Shown in pieces: positions 21,223 through 32,257 of a DNA stretch of 64,000 nt. The position numbers were made by a program, and so were the translations under genes. This DNA is from a virus: positions 20,948 through 84,947 of the IMG/VR virus record IMGVR_UViG_3300025770_000012, one strand, 5' to 3'. How positions within the stretch are numbered: position 1 is the stretch's first letter; each line of letters starts with the position of its first letter. The notes beneath the pieces are model-generated. The model was not told where the DNA came from. It ran no database searches and saw nothing but the letters and a program-made list of their open reading frames with translations.

Positions 21223-23487
21223 TTACCCTCTAACTTCTTTCTCTTTAAACAGAGTAAATCCTGCCATGTAACGCTGCTTTGCTTCAAGCTGATCTCCCGC
21301 AGAAAGCTTATCAAAGGGAGTATTGGTAGGTAAGCCCTTCTCCTGCATAAGTAACGCAGCTTCATTATTTAGTCCGTTTGGATAGGCACGTTCATAAGAA
21401 CCAAAGATATAACTATTTGCCCAATTATAGGCATTCTGTTCAGTAGAACCGGTATGAGCTTGATGTAATCTAGTTAACTGATCTACAAACTGAGCTCCTG
21501 TGGCTTCTTTATTTTTACCCTCCCCAGTCTGAGATTCCTCAACATAATTGATCCACTGCCTGCCCTGGTCTAGTATGATAAGATCTGCTTTATTCAGCCC
21601 CATAGTAATTTGCTCTAACAGATTTTGATACTGCGGTGAGTTAGCCTTTGGCTTAGCTAAGTACGTATCGCCATTTATACTCCATTTAAACATTAATTCG
21701 GTATCATCTACCTCACTTGGAGCAACAATTCCTCTGAATTCTATGTCCGCATCTCCGGGCCCCTTTCCTTCACCGTCTGGATCAAAAATACCCTCCCATC
21801 TTGAACTAAGTTCTGGAACTCCAAATATATCCCAATCTTCGGGATCCCAATTTTTCTCGATGCTCCCAATAGCTTGATTCATTTCTTTATTATAAATATC
21901 TGGGACCCATGTTTCTGCTTCGAAAATATCTCCATCATAATTGTTCATCTTATCGGTTAACTCGTCTCCTCCTCCTTGCTGCTTATATAATAGAAATGCT
22001 TGTGCATTCTTTTTAAGTTGTTCCCACGTTGCTTCCCCCTCTTGGTAGTCAGTACCTAAAAGTTCATTAATGTGCTCGACATCATTAAGGTTTGCCGCCA
22101 ACTCTTCGGCCTCAGAATCAAGCATACCAAAAAGCATTCCATCCCCCTGCTGAGGATTCCACGTATCTCTTACATTTCCGGACTCACTTGTAAGCATCTT
22201 ACCTCCTTGATAAGCAGAATCACCCACTGCACCAATTGCACCTCCCGCCAGGGCACCGTAGCCTACCATTGTTGCACCCGCCGCCAGTGTAGGTAGACCG
22301 ATCGGGGCACCAAGACCTGTAGCGGTTAACGCAGCCCCAACCACTGATAACACTAGACCTGCAGCTGCTCCTAAAACTGTTCCTACTCCAATAGCTGATC
22401 CTAACTCTTCCGCGTCAAAATCATCATCTGCTGCGTAAGTTGGATTCCAAGTTTGAGTTGTAGCATATTCCATATAAGAACCAAACTCATTATGTCCTCT
22501 AAATAAGTTTTGATTCTTTTTCCACAGTTCGTACTCCTCAGGAGTAAGAGACTCTCTTGCAACACTGTTATCTATGCTGCGCATTTCTTTAGCAGCTTTC
22601 CATTTATCACCGGCAGGTAAATCTCTAAATACATCTCCATGCAAAGATAATATTTTATTACCATAATCTTTGCCAGTAAGTCCCGCTTGCTGCATTGCAG
22701 TATATCCTTTATTAAGTGCACCCGAGCCAGACATTGCGTGCGCACCATTTGTAATGGCGGCTTGTTTAGTCATATGTATTTGCTGATCTGTAAGAGATTG
22801 CATTCGTTGATTAATATCCGTTAAAGCTTCGTCATGAGTAAAGCCCTCTATCTGTGTTAATCGTCTGTAATCTTGATCTCCAACAGTACCTTGAAGATAC
22901 ATTTGGGTTAAGCCTGCTGCTATAGCATCTGCTTTTCTTCTAGAAATACCTGTGTAATCAGCCTTTATGTTTCCGACCATGGACGCCATATTGGCAGCAT
23001 AATCTTGCTCGGACTCGTTAAGGGGTTGGTATACATTCTCCACATATTCCCCCTCCTCATTCTTATAATAAGATACATGAGTATCTGCAGATCCTCTTCC
23101 AAAATCTAAGAAATTAGCACCCGTTTTTATGGTAGCCTCGTTCATATAATCAAGCTCCTGCTTACGAGCTGCGAAAGATAACTTAGCAGACCTTAAACCT
23201 CTGTCCGATTCTAGATCTGTCATTACTTCAGATACAAGTAATCCGGAATCTTCCCAATTGCCCTGATCTACATAGTTTGACATCTTGTCTCTCACCTGGC
23301 CTTTAGCAGATTCTACTAAATGTTTATCACCTTTAAGGGTATCCATGGCCCCTAAGGTTACATCGATAGTATCCTTAGCAGCCTTATTTGTATCCCATCT
23401 CTCACGAAGAATAGCTGCAGACTCTGCCTTAAATGGATTTACGTATTGGCTAACGTATGGTTTTAATTCGTATTGTTCAACTGGCAT
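21223..23487 (-). CDS. putative ejected cargo protein with glycine-zipper transmembrane hairpin
   Basis: 754 aa; ~60-aa hydrophobic Gly/Ala-rich stretch (LGSAIGVGTVLGAAAG...GALAGGAIGAVG); sits between tail genes and vRNAP. Confidence 0.65.
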   Translation of the reverse strand: MPVEQYELKPYVSQYVNPFKAESAAILRERWDTNKAAKDTIDVTLGAMDTLKGDKHLVESAKGQVRDKMSNYVDQGNWEDSGLLVSEVMTDLESDRGLRSAKLSFAARKQELDYMNEATIKTGANFLDFGRGSADTHVSYYKNEEGEYVENVYQPLNESEQDYAANMASMVGNIKADYTGISRRKADAIAAGLTQMYLQGTVGDQDYRRLTQIEGFTHDEALTDINQRMQSLTDQQIHMTKQAAITNGAHAMSGSGALNKGYTAMQQAGLTGKDYGNKILSLHGDVFRDLPAGDKWKAAKEMRSIDNSVARESLTPEEYELWKKNQNLFRGHNEFGSYMEYATTQTWNPTYAADDDFDAEELGSAIGVGTVLGAAAGLVLSVVGAALTATGLGAPIGLPTLAAGATMVGYGALAGGAIGAVGDSAYQGGKMLTSESGNVRDTWNPQQGDGMLFGMLDSEAEELAANLNDVEHINELLGTDYQEGEATWEQLKKNAQAFLLYKQQGGGDELTDKMNNYDGDIFEAETWVPDIYNKEMNQAIGSIEKNWDPEDWDIFGVPELSSRWEGIFDPDGEGKGPGDADIEFRGIVAPSEVDDTELMFKWSINGDTYLAKPKANSPQYQNLLEQITMGLNKADLIILDQGRQWINYVEESQTGEGKNKEATGAQFVDQLTRLHQAHTGSTEQNAYNWANSYIFGSYERAYPNGLNNEAALLMQEKGLPTNTPFDKLSAGDQLEAKQRYMAGFTLFKEKEVRG

Positions 23488-23498
23488 GATTATTAATT

Positions 23499-26400
23499 TT
23501 AAAAGTATCTACGCTTATAGCCATTACTGCTAAAGCCTCCCTTCTGCGCTTTGTCTGGCTTATCATTACGGTTATTAAAAGTAGTCATCATCTCTATTCC
23601 TTTGGGTGAATTAGGATCTATATTGTTTTTAAGTAGGAGTTCTTGGTAATTAGCGCGTTCGTCTACGCCAGTGGTACCTGCGATAGCAGCTGTATATCTA
23701 TCTTGAGCATCGTACGACAGTCTATCTCTGTTCATATTAGCCAAGTTAGAAGTAGCAGTATCTAAAGCCATTAGCTTTCTGTTCTTCACTCTAACATCCT
23801 GGTCTCTATTATACGTTTCTGTAGCAGATCTTTCAGCAGCATTAACCACATTGACATCTTTTTGATTGCCCACATTTACTTGAGAAGCGGTTAATGCATT
23901 TTGAGCATTGGTAGCTTTACGCTGAGCATCCATAACAGTTTCTTGGTTCCTTATAGCATCGTTAGCTTGTAACTCCTGAGATCGTACCTGACCCAAAGCT
24001 TGTTGCTTTTTAGAGTAAGCTGCCATTTTATTTATAACATTAGACGATCCTCCACCTGATGAATCTATAAACTGATTCATTGCGTGGGCATCTGCTCCAA
24101 CAATTGCTTTGTCAGAATTTAAATCAACTCTCTCTAAATTAGACTTGGCTAAACGCTCAGCAAAGATTGGAGGTATATTGGCCATAAGGTTATTTTTCTT
24201 ATAGTCAGGCCCTTGTTTAGAAGCTAATGCTGCAGGAAGTAATTGAGCCATAGCAGCAAGTTGAGATAATTTATCATCTCCTTCCTCTAAGATTTCATCG
24301 GTGCCGCTGCTATCCTCCGTATCAACTGTCTCCATATTTCCCTCATCGTCTTCTTTAACTACTTCTTCCTCACCCTCTTCCTCGTCAGTGTTACCAGTAG
24401 CTGTTCTCCAAGTCTGTTCTCCTAGTTTACCATCTACTTTAATCGTATTATCAGGATGTAGTTCATTCCAAGAGCTTTGATAAGCTGTTACTTTATCAGC
24501 ATCTTTCATATCTTCAAGACTTGTTATACCAGCAGCTTCTAAAACAGCAGGGTCTGCATTTTCTATCCAATTGTCTCTAAACTCGGAATCTTGCAGACTC
24601 TCTCTAAAAGCCGAATCATCACTACCTGCGTAAAACGTTTGTCCATCTACTACATAACTATCTTGTCTATCAGCTATATCTCCATACACCTCTGTGTCGT
24701 AATATGTATCAGAGGCTACTTTAAAGGTATTTCCTCTACCTGAGGGAGACCTAGAACCAGAAGTACTAGTAGTAGTAGGCTTTGATGTAGCAGGTGCTGA
24801 TTCTGACTTAAGTTCAGCTTTCTCTGCAGCTCTGCCCTTTTCAGCCTCTGGTGAAGCCTCCTGTGTGCCGGCTACATCTGAGTAGTCTGCAGGAAGGTTA
24901 TTAGATTTTCTATGGGCCATATATTCCTCTTCACTCTTAAATCTACGTCTCTTACCATCGCCCCCTAGATAATAAACTGCGTCAGAGTTAGGATCTTTAT
25001 AATAAGTACCAGACGGCTCTTTCTTAGACTTAGACATAAATGGTGTAGTATTCCCACCTCCACCTCCACCTCCTACACCGCCCCATTGGTATCTTAGCCC
25101 ACCATTTTTAGCTAGATTCACAGGTTTATTAGCCAACGGCTTTCTACCATAATGTTGCTCTTGTAGCTGGGCTAACATGTGCTTTTGGTTTTCTTTTTCC
25201 CCAGGAGATGAATTACTGTTAAGTATAGATTGGTGGTTCTCAGCAAAGGTACTTCCATTTTTAGCTTTACCGTCTGATGAGAAGAAATAATCTCTACCAG
25301 CAATCCTATCTTTAGTTTCTTGATCTTCAACTTCGGTTCCAACATCATTAGAACCTCCTCTCTCTAATCTAGTATCTTTATCCACATCTAGTAAAATTCC
25401 ACTTTGAGAGCCCTGTCCAGATTCATCGTGTTCATTACCTAGATAAATTTCTGCATGCTCTCCACCAGGCAATGACTTAGCTACTCCACCAGGTAATCGT
25501 TTTCCTCCAGTTTCGTACTGCTGCATTCGCGCCATATAGTTTCCTTCATCTCCAACAGGTTGAGCTTGCGGTACTCCCATATATCCTCCTTTCTGCATTT
25601 GAGGACTAGGCTTAGCTTTTTCACAATCTACACAAGGTTCCATTCCGTATCCAGTATTTACAAAAGGAGGAAGAGCTCGTTGTCCTCCATCTTTGGCTGT
25701 AGTATTTGTACCAAGATCATACCCAGAAGTAGTCTTAGATTGGAGCTCTGCTATTTTAGCTTCTGTAGAATTGGCGTACATATCTCTGACTAACTGACTA
25801 TTATCTCCTTCAATTTGACTGTCTTCACGTCTCTTATTAGAATCCCACTGTAGTCTAGCTTTATTTCTGTCATGAAGAGTCTCCGCTACCCCCAGTCCAC
25901 CACCGACAACACCACCAACAACACTCCCTACAGGACCAAATACGGAACCGTACCCCGCAAATTCCCCTGCCCTAGACATCATGTTACCTCCAATCTCAGC
26001 AGCATTTACAGTTCTATCATTATCATCCGCCCCTAGCACTTTAATACCAGTACCTGCCACATTAGCTATTGTAGCATACGGCGTCGAATATGATCCAGCA
26101 CTAGAGACGGCTGATGTCGCTGCTTCTGTTCCCACCTTTTTTGCTGCCTCTGCCCCTGCAGTTTTTGCCCCTTCGGTTGCTACCTGCTTCGCACCATAAT
26201 TAGCCATAACATCCAATGCTGACCCCATCCCCTCCTTCGCAAAAGTAGACGATGTCTTTGAAAGTAAGGCATCTCTTGTTACATCTCCTGTAAGACGCTT
26301 TGCAATCTCTCCAGAGCCCCTCCTTAAACCGTCCGTAGCAGCTTGCTTAGCCAGTTGTTTAGCTTGGTGATTAGCTAGTACGCCAGACACCCCATTTTTG

Positions 26401-26750
26401 AATTTCTCCGATTGAGAGTACTCTAAGGATTTACCTGCAGTAGTAAACGCAGAGTTTCTCCCCTGCCGATCTTCCTCGAGTCCCTCTGAAATGAGATTTT
26501 TATTTTCCTCCCTAGTCCTTACCGCTTCTTCTGCCAACGCCGCAGAGTCTGTCACAGCCTTTTTCTTACCTAAAGCTAAAGCCTCCTGCTTAGCTTTGAG
26601 TGTATTAGGATCGTTTTCCGCATATACTATATTAGCAGTAGTGTTTCCAGATCCTTGCCCTGCCGCCTGGATAGTATTATCAGAATACATCTTGCTGCCT
26701 GCGAATTGGTATCTGCGTGTTTGTCTTTTATTAAGTGCTCTTTTGGCCAT
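23499..26750 (-). CDS. putative cargo/ejection protein with TM segment, peptidoglycan-binding-like motif and multiple xxxGG tags
   Basis: 1083 aa. GPVGSVVGGVVGGGLG segment; VTAYQ...IKVDGKLGEQTW resembles PG_binding_1; immediately after the tail stabilisation gene. Confidence 0.65.
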   Translation of the reverse strand: MAKRALNKRQTRRYQFAGSKMYSDNTIQAAGQGSGNTTANIVYAENDPNTLKAKQEALALGKKKAVTDSAALAEEAVRTREENKNLISEGLEEDRQGRNSAFTTAGKSLEYSQSEKFKNGVSGVLANHQAKQLAKQAATDGLRRGSGEIAKRLTGDVTRDALLSKTSSTFAKEGMGSALDVMANYGAKQVATEGAKTAGAEAAKKVGTEAATSAVSSAGSYSTPYATIANVAGTGIKVLGADDNDRTVNAAEIGGNMMSRAGEFAGYGSVFGPVGSVVGGVVGGGLGVAETLHDRNKARLQWDSNKRREDSQIEGDNSQLVRDMYANSTEAKIAELQSKTTSGYDLGTNTTAKDGGQRALPPFVNTGYGMEPCVDCEKAKPSPQMQKGGYMGVPQAQPVGDEGNYMARMQQYETGGKRLPGGVAKSLPGGEHAEIYLGNEHDESGQGSQSGILLDVDKDTRLERGGSNDVGTEVEDQETKDRIAGRDYFFSSDGKAKNGSTFAENHQSILNSNSSPGEKENQKHMLAQLQEQHYGRKPLANKPVNLAKNGGLRYQWGGVGGGGGGGNTTPFMSKSKKEPSGTYYKDPNSDAVYYLGGDGKRRRFKSEEEYMAHRKSNNLPADYSDVAGTQEASPEAEKGRAAEKAELKSESAPATSKPTTTSTSGSRSPSGRGNTFKVASDTYYDTEVYGDIADRQDSYVVDGQTFYAGSDDSAFRESLQDSEFRDNWIENADPAVLEAAGITSLEDMKDADKVTAYQSSWNELHPDNTIKVDGKLGEQTWRTATGNTDEEEGEEEVVKEDDEGNMETVDTEDSSGTDEILEEGDDKLSQLAAMAQLLPAALASKQGPDYKKNNLMANIPPIFAERLAKSNLERVDLNSDKAIVGADAHAMNQFIDSSGGGSSNVINKMAAYSKKQQALGQVRSQELQANDAIRNQETVMDAQRKATNAQNALTASQVNVGNQKDVNVVNAAERSATETYNRDQDVRVKNRKLMALDTATSNLANMNRDRLSYDAQDRYTAAIAGTTGVDERANYQELLLKNNIDPNSPKGIEMMTTFNNRNDKPDKAQKGGFSSNGYKRRYF

Positions 26751-29700
26751 TATCGGTACATTTTTCGGATAGAGACATTTGTAGAGTATAAATTTAAGGA
26801 ATTATTCGTTACATTACTATAAATTAGACGAATTCCTACCCATTTATCTATAAATTTCTTCTTTTGATTCCAGTTTTTGTTTAAATCTAAGTAAGCTGCG
26901 TTTATAACTTCCGACATCCCTGATACAGTAAACATAGCTGCTATAGATGAAGTTGTTACAGTTCCCATATTAATACCCCCAGCAACGTTCTCAGCAGTGG
27001 ACATATAGTAGGGAGAGGTATTAACAGCTATAGCTGCTAAGTCTCTAAAGTTGTTGACCTTCCAGTTATTCCCGATACGTCGTATATTTATAAGATAATC
27101 TAACATAGATTCCCCAGAGTTCTGGAACGTATTATATAGGAAAAAGCTTGTAAAGCCGTGATCTAGAATATTAACCCCTAAAGGAGTAAAAGTTTCTAGA
27201 GTATAGTTTAATGAAGCAAGGACAGCAGTATCTGATTTATGTTCATTATGGATGACTTCAAATTCGAAAGGAAACGGAGTTTCCTCTGCCACAACCTCTT
27301 GATAGAAAACACCTTTATTCCCTACATTATGCTGCCATATACCAACATTACCAAATACAGTTCCTAAGCCCAATGCGCCCAGTGTCTCGCTTCTCTCATA
27401 CTGGTCTGTAAAAGAGTAGAAGTCTGTAGATGTATTAAAATATAGGTATGGCTGGTAGTCATGAAATCCACCCCAAACACCTAGTGCAGGATAGTACGAA
27501 ATAGTCCAACCATCACAAGTAAAGTATTTATGGTCTTCACAGCTTAGAGGAAGCGGTACCCAGACATCATCAATAAGAACCTCATAAATAGATAAGCCAG
27601 AGTCAAACCTTATAACTCCCCTTTCAAACTCCCCTATAAAAAAAGCAGTTGGCACAAGGTCTCTTTTAGTTAAGAGTATTCTCTTATACCTTGGATCCCA
27701 TGTAGAGTGCATTCCCATACCTTGTATAGGATTGTCGATACCATATCCTGAGTATCCGTAATCCTCTAAGTTGAATTTTAAATTCTCGTTAAACCACTGT
27801 CTCATTCCCAAGCCGCTGATCTCACTCATCGACTCTCCCATTAAGAATACTTTTCTAGCGTTTACATCTACAAAAAAGTACCCATATCTGGTAGTAAGAA
27901 CCGCCCATTGAGATTGTGTGCCACCAAAGCCTCCCTCAGTCTGTATAACTTCATCTGGCTCTTGCTCGAATATATCTCCTCCTCCTATAAAGGCTTGAGT
28001 TCCATCACTGAGCCCCATAGACTGCTTACCTTTTGTGGCAAATAGACTGTCCTCCATATGGAAGTAAAGTAGATTGTTAAAACTGGCTAGAGACCAAAGC
28101 TCTCCACGATTCTTTGGAAGATCTTTATATTGATTAGCTAGGAAGATCCTAAAATTATCAATAAGACTTGTAGTATCATCCTTGGTGCTTCTATGCGTCC
28201 TTGTAGAAAAGTCATCTTGATCCACAGTTTTAAGAGGCAAAGGAAATGCCGGTCTAATATCGTTAACTGAAGAGTAATCTGTATTATAAGTTAAATTATC
28301 GAAATGGCTATAATCACCATCTTCACTGCCCACCTGTCTAAGAATATCTCTTACAGGTGTGCCAGGAAAGTATAAACTTTTATCACTCTCCATATGTCTG
28401 AATGCTATATTATCTGTACTCTCTACAATAACTGAATGTACGGCTTTTTTAGGCGTACTAGATAAAGCAGGAGTGCTAGGTTTAAGAGCTGAGGCAAAAG
28501 CGTACCTAGCTATAAAAGTATCCCCACCAAAGATACCTGTATCATAAAGTGGAGTCTCATTAATGGCTTGTAAAGTAGCAATACTATAATTTGCATCAAA
28601 AACTCCGTACTTGTTTGTAAAAGTATTTGGAGATCCATCCGCTTCAAAAATAAAATTCTCTAGCTCGTCCCCTAGAACTTCGAATCCCGTCCAAACTAAA
28701 GTTTGACTATCCAAGGATTTGTATACATCTGTTTTAAATGCATGTAGATTAATTAAATACATCTGCATTCTATGCCAAGGCTCTGTAGCATCTGAAGCAT
28801 CATACGCTAAATCTACATTCTCATTTACTAACATAGGACTAGCAAGAGGGTAGTATACCCCAAATCTATAACTAGGTTCGCCACTTGGACTAGCTGGATT
28901 TACGGATAATGGAGGCAATTCATGTTTATCTCGTAACCCAAAAGCAGCACAACTAACTCCGAACTCATTAAACAACTTACCCCCAAAACCTAAAGATTGC
29001 CCTCTAAAAATAGTATCTCCAAGAAGATATGTTTTAGATTTTTGAGAAAGTATTCTAGGATACGAGTAGGTAAAAATAGAATTAGAACCTGTGCCCTCTT
29101 GATCAAACCTTGAGTTTAAATAATTTACCCCCATCGTGATTACAGAGTACATTTCTTTAGGGTAACACGTTGACGCGTCGTACCCCCATAGCTCTTTAAC
29201 TATTAATGGCTCTCCGTCATCCGCCTCCACATTTGCTATGACGGTATTCATTCGACGGTTTTGTGTAATACCTGGCCCATTCCAAACATATGGTACTACT
29301 ACATATTCAGGCTTAATATGAGTGGCTCCCGCAATGCTTCCTTTATGTTTAAGCATTGTAAAATCATGAAACGAAAAGTTCTTATACCCACGACTGTCGT
29401 GCTCGTAGGCACCTACTTGGTCATTAAATATGGTCTCATACTCGGGGTACTCATCACTAGCAAGTGGCCATGGATCAACATTATAAAATTCTTCAGGGTC
29501 TGAAGTTAAAGATTGTAATACCTGCATAGTGGCTGCAGAGGTCTGAAGGCCCGGTGTTGTTGCATCCTGTGCTTCTTGGCAAATACCTATTACAGCTCTA
29601 TGTTGTTGCATAGGCATTAATAAAGATTGCCCTAAAATTCTACGATTAACATGTTCTCGTTTGGCGTAAAAGATTCTAAATCCTTGTACTGTATCAGCTA

Positions 29701-32257
29701 TAGCTCTAGGAATTTTAATGTCAGCTAAATTAAACCCTAGTCTTTGAACCTCATGAGATACTTTAACATCACTGTATAATCCAGTATCTAAAAGCGCATC
29801 CTCTTGGGGCCTTATAAAAAATGATACGTATGACATTTTTGGCATAGCTTCAACATCTTCAACATTATTACACCCCGATATGTTAAAATCAGAATCGCAG
29901 TCCTCTTGGTTATGGGTACCTATCATTCTTATATCATCTCCCTTCAGACCTGTATATCTACATTGTATCTGTATAGTATCTCCAGCACTCAAGTTAATAT
30001 ATGGGGTCGCTCCTCCTAGTTGCCCCGCAGAATCATTCAACCAATAAGCCTCACTGGGTGAGCTGAAAGAGTCGGTCGTACCACCTTCCCCCCAGCCAGA
30101 CTGGGTTGCTGACCCATCGGCAACTTCCCCTAAGAAAAGTGGAGCTACATCATTCTGATTCCAACACCCGCCATAGTCATTTGTGAACCCGTTTGTAGGA
30201 ATTTCACCAGTTGTAAGCAAGTCCTCTTGCACACCTCCTATCATCCTCAGTATTCTGGCCTCTACAGGCTGATTTGTGGTATTACCATTCTTCTTAGTGA
30301 ACCATAGTAAAGCTTTAACACTGACTTGTATATCCGTAAGGGCTGTAAATACACCATTTCCAAAATAGGCGCTTGCCGCTTCACCATCTCCAGCATACTC
30401 ATAATCAAGATTCTGAAAGTTTGCCCAAGTATCATCATCCTCTGTGAACGTATCTTCGTCGCAACTCTCACGCACATTAGTAAACCAAGTTGGATCTATA
30501 CCCCCACCTACCGAAGAAGTTCCATCAGAGTCAAAGTGTTCAGAATTATGACTTAGAATGGTTTTATACTTCTCATTAGAATTAGACGGGAAATGGTGGT
30601 GTCTAACATTTGATCCTTTTAAACTGTCTAAAATACCATATTCGTTCCACACCTCAAAGTTATCTGTTTGAGGGTAGAACTCAGTGGCATTCTCCCAGTA
30701 CTGCATTCCCAAAGTGCTACCTACAGTATCTGAATAATCATAAAAATGAAAATTTCTACTATACTGCTTACTTAGATCTCTTAAATCTCTTGCTATTTCA
30801 TTTGACTCACCTTCAAAAGGAAGCACAGATAGTTCTTGGCTAAGAGCCTTTCTACCAGGAATATGGTACGCATATGACATGCTACCATCATTCATTACAA
30901 ATGCAATATAAAATGCATACACCTCATCTCTTGTGTAACCTTTATATTTAAAAATATTAGGAGCCCACCTATACGACCTAGTCTCGTCAACCTTGTTCCC
31001 CATATCAACAACTTTGGTACCGAAGCCTGTTTCAAAATTATCTACAGTAGCATATATAGTATCAAAATCTGGTATTGGGTGCACTACAGCGTCGAGTGAA
31101 ATATTATTGGCGTATTTCTGATACCCTACATCCTTACTGCCTGTAAGATTTCCAAGGTATAAAATACCATCTAGTTGTCTAATAGTTTTGGCAGTCTCAT
31201 ATGATGTAGTATCTATTATAACCTCTTCCACAGAAGAAGTAGCCGATCCCTCAGTTCCGCTGTATACAATTCCCGCTTTAATAGCTACACTCAAGTCCAC
31301 ATCGTTTAACTGAAAAGCCTCTTTAACTCCTCCCATCGTACGTATAATAACTGGGCGGATAAATTGGTAATCCGTATTTAGATTAGACACTGTCCATTTA
31401 ATAGCCTTAGAGGTCTGCCCACCATCCTTGAATCCACTCTTCCTTGTTGTAGGGCGAGTATGGTCAAATTCTGGTACAATTGAAACTGGGTTGGCTACAG
31501 TCAAGTAATTAGTAGCTACAAAGTCTGCATCCACATAAGCTAGGGCTAAGTAATAAACACCAGTCCTAAGACCTCCTCCTTCTATAATTGATGATTGATT
31601 AGAAGATTGATTATCAGGAGTATCCGAAAGATTAATAATATACTCTAAGGATACTCTAGGAACCGGACCTGAACTCGGGAACAAATTCAATAAGTCTATA
31701 TGATTCGCGTGCGTCTCTTGAGGATCGATTGCATATAACCAAGAGATAGGATTCCCTTCTGCAATACTTCTTTGTTGCCTAGCTACATTAAATGCCCTAG
31801 GAGTGTTTAAATCGTCTGTAAAGTAAACTATTAAATCTCCTTTAGAATCAATCTTAAAGGTACCTTGTATGGGGTGTGTTTCTCTTAACTTTAGATCATG
31901 AGGAAGCACAGTAGCAGAGACATCCGGTCTGTACAAAACAGTGTATACATTATTTTCCCATATACCAATTTCACTACTAGGAACTATACCAGTTATATCT
32001 AGGGTATTTACAATATCTGTTACAAAGATAACCGTACGATCGTTATCAACTTCGATAGCTCCGATAGCTTTATACTCTTGTGTGCCAAATATTGACGAAT
32101 CTCCTAGATACCCAGTAAGACTCGTACCCCCCTCATTAGATATGGCACCATCAACAGCTGCTACCACAGCATTACGAGCGTATCTCCAAGACCCTTCAAT
32201 TTGGTCTATAGGAGCGGTATCTTTAAATAACCCCTTTATAAAGTGCTTTTCTGCCAT
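26750..32257 (-). CDS. tail stabilisation / muzzle protein (P22 gp10-like, crAss-type)
   Basis: 1835 aa. N-terminal KGLFKD...WRYARNA...NEGG, YFTDDLNTPRAFN, GYTRDEVYAFYI, NVRHHHFP, FGGDTFI, GGTQSQWA; follows the tail tubular gene. Confidence 0.8.
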   Translation of the reverse strand: MAEKHFIKGLFKDTAPIDQIEGSWRYARNAVVAAVDGAISNEGGTSLTGYLGDSSIFGTQEYKAIGAIEVDNDRTVIFVTDIVNTLDITGIVPSSEIGIWENNVYTVLYRPDVSATVLPHDLKLRETHPIQGTFKIDSKGDLIVYFTDDLNTPRAFNVARQQRSIAEGNPISWLYAIDPQETHANHIDLLNLFPSSGPVPRVSLEYIINLSDTPDNQSSNQSSIIEGGGLRTGVYYLALAYVDADFVATNYLTVANPVSIVPEFDHTRPTTRKSGFKDGGQTSKAIKWTVSNLNTDYQFIRPVIIRTMGGVKEAFQLNDVDLSVAIKAGIVYSGTEGSATSSVEEVIIDTTSYETAKTIRQLDGILYLGNLTGSKDVGYQKYANNISLDAVVHPIPDFDTIYATVDNFETGFGTKVVDMGNKVDETRSYRWAPNIFKYKGYTRDEVYAFYIAFVMNDGSMSYAYHIPGRKALSQELSVLPFEGESNEIARDLRDLSKQYSRNFHFYDYSDTVGSTLGMQYWENATEFYPQTDNFEVWNEYGILDSLKGSNVRHHHFPSNSNEKYKTILSHNSEHFDSDGTSSVGGGIDPTWFTNVRESCDEDTFTEDDDTWANFQNLDYEYAGDGEAASAYFGNGVFTALTDIQVSVKALLWFTKKNGNTTNQPVEARILRMIGGVQEDLLTTGEIPTNGFTNDYGGCWNQNDVAPLFLGEVADGSATQSGWGEGGTTDSFSSPSEAYWLNDSAGQLGGATPYINLSAGDTIQIQCRYTGLKGDDIRMIGTHNQEDCDSDFNISGCNNVEDVEAMPKMSYVSFFIRPQEDALLDTGLYSDVKVSHEVQRLGFNLADIKIPRAIADTVQGFRIFYAKREHVNRRILGQSLLMPMQQHRAVIGICQEAQDATTPGLQTSAATMQVLQSLTSDPEEFYNVDPWPLASDEYPEYETIFNDQVGAYEHDSRGYKNFSFHDFTMLKHKGSIAGATHIKPEYVVVPYVWNGPGITQNRRMNTVIANVEADDGEPLIVKELWGYDASTCYPKEMYSVITMGVNYLNSRFDQEGTGSNSIFTYSYPRILSQKSKTYLLGDTIFRGQSLGFGGKLFNEFGVSCAAFGLRDKHELPPLSVNPASPSGEPSYRFGVYYPLASPMLVNENVDLAYDASDATEPWHRMQMYLINLHAFKTDVYKSLDSQTLVWTGFEVLGDELENFIFEADGSPNTFTNKYGVFDANYSIATLQAINETPLYDTGIFGGDTFIARYAFASALKPSTPALSSTPKKAVHSVIVESTDNIAFRHMESDKSLYFPGTPVRDILRQVGSEDGDYSHFDNLTYNTDYSSVNDIRPAFPLPLKTVDQDDFSTRTHRSTKDDTTSLIDNFRIFLANQYKDLPKNRGELWSLASFNNLLYFHMEDSLFATKGKQSMGLSDGTQAFIGGGDIFEQEPDEVIQTEGGFGGTQSQWAVLTTRYGYFFVDVNARKVFLMGESMSEISGLGMRQWFNENLKFNLEDYGYSGYGIDNPIQGMGMHSTWDPRYKRILLTKRDLVPTAFFIGEFERGVIRFDSGLSIYEVLIDDVWVPLPLSCEDHKYFTCDGWTISYYPALGVWGGFHDYQPYLYFNTSTDFYSFTDQYERSETLGALGLGTVFGNVGIWQHNVGNKGVFYQEVVAEETPFPFEFEVIHNEHKSDTAVLASLNYTLETFTPLGVNILDHGFTSFFLYNTFQNSGESMLDYLINIRRIGNNWKVNNFRDLAAIAVNTSPYYMSTAENVAGGINMGTVTTSSIAAMFTVSGMSEVINAAYLDLNKNWNQKKKFIDKWVGIRLIYSNVTNNSLNLYSTNVSIRKMYR

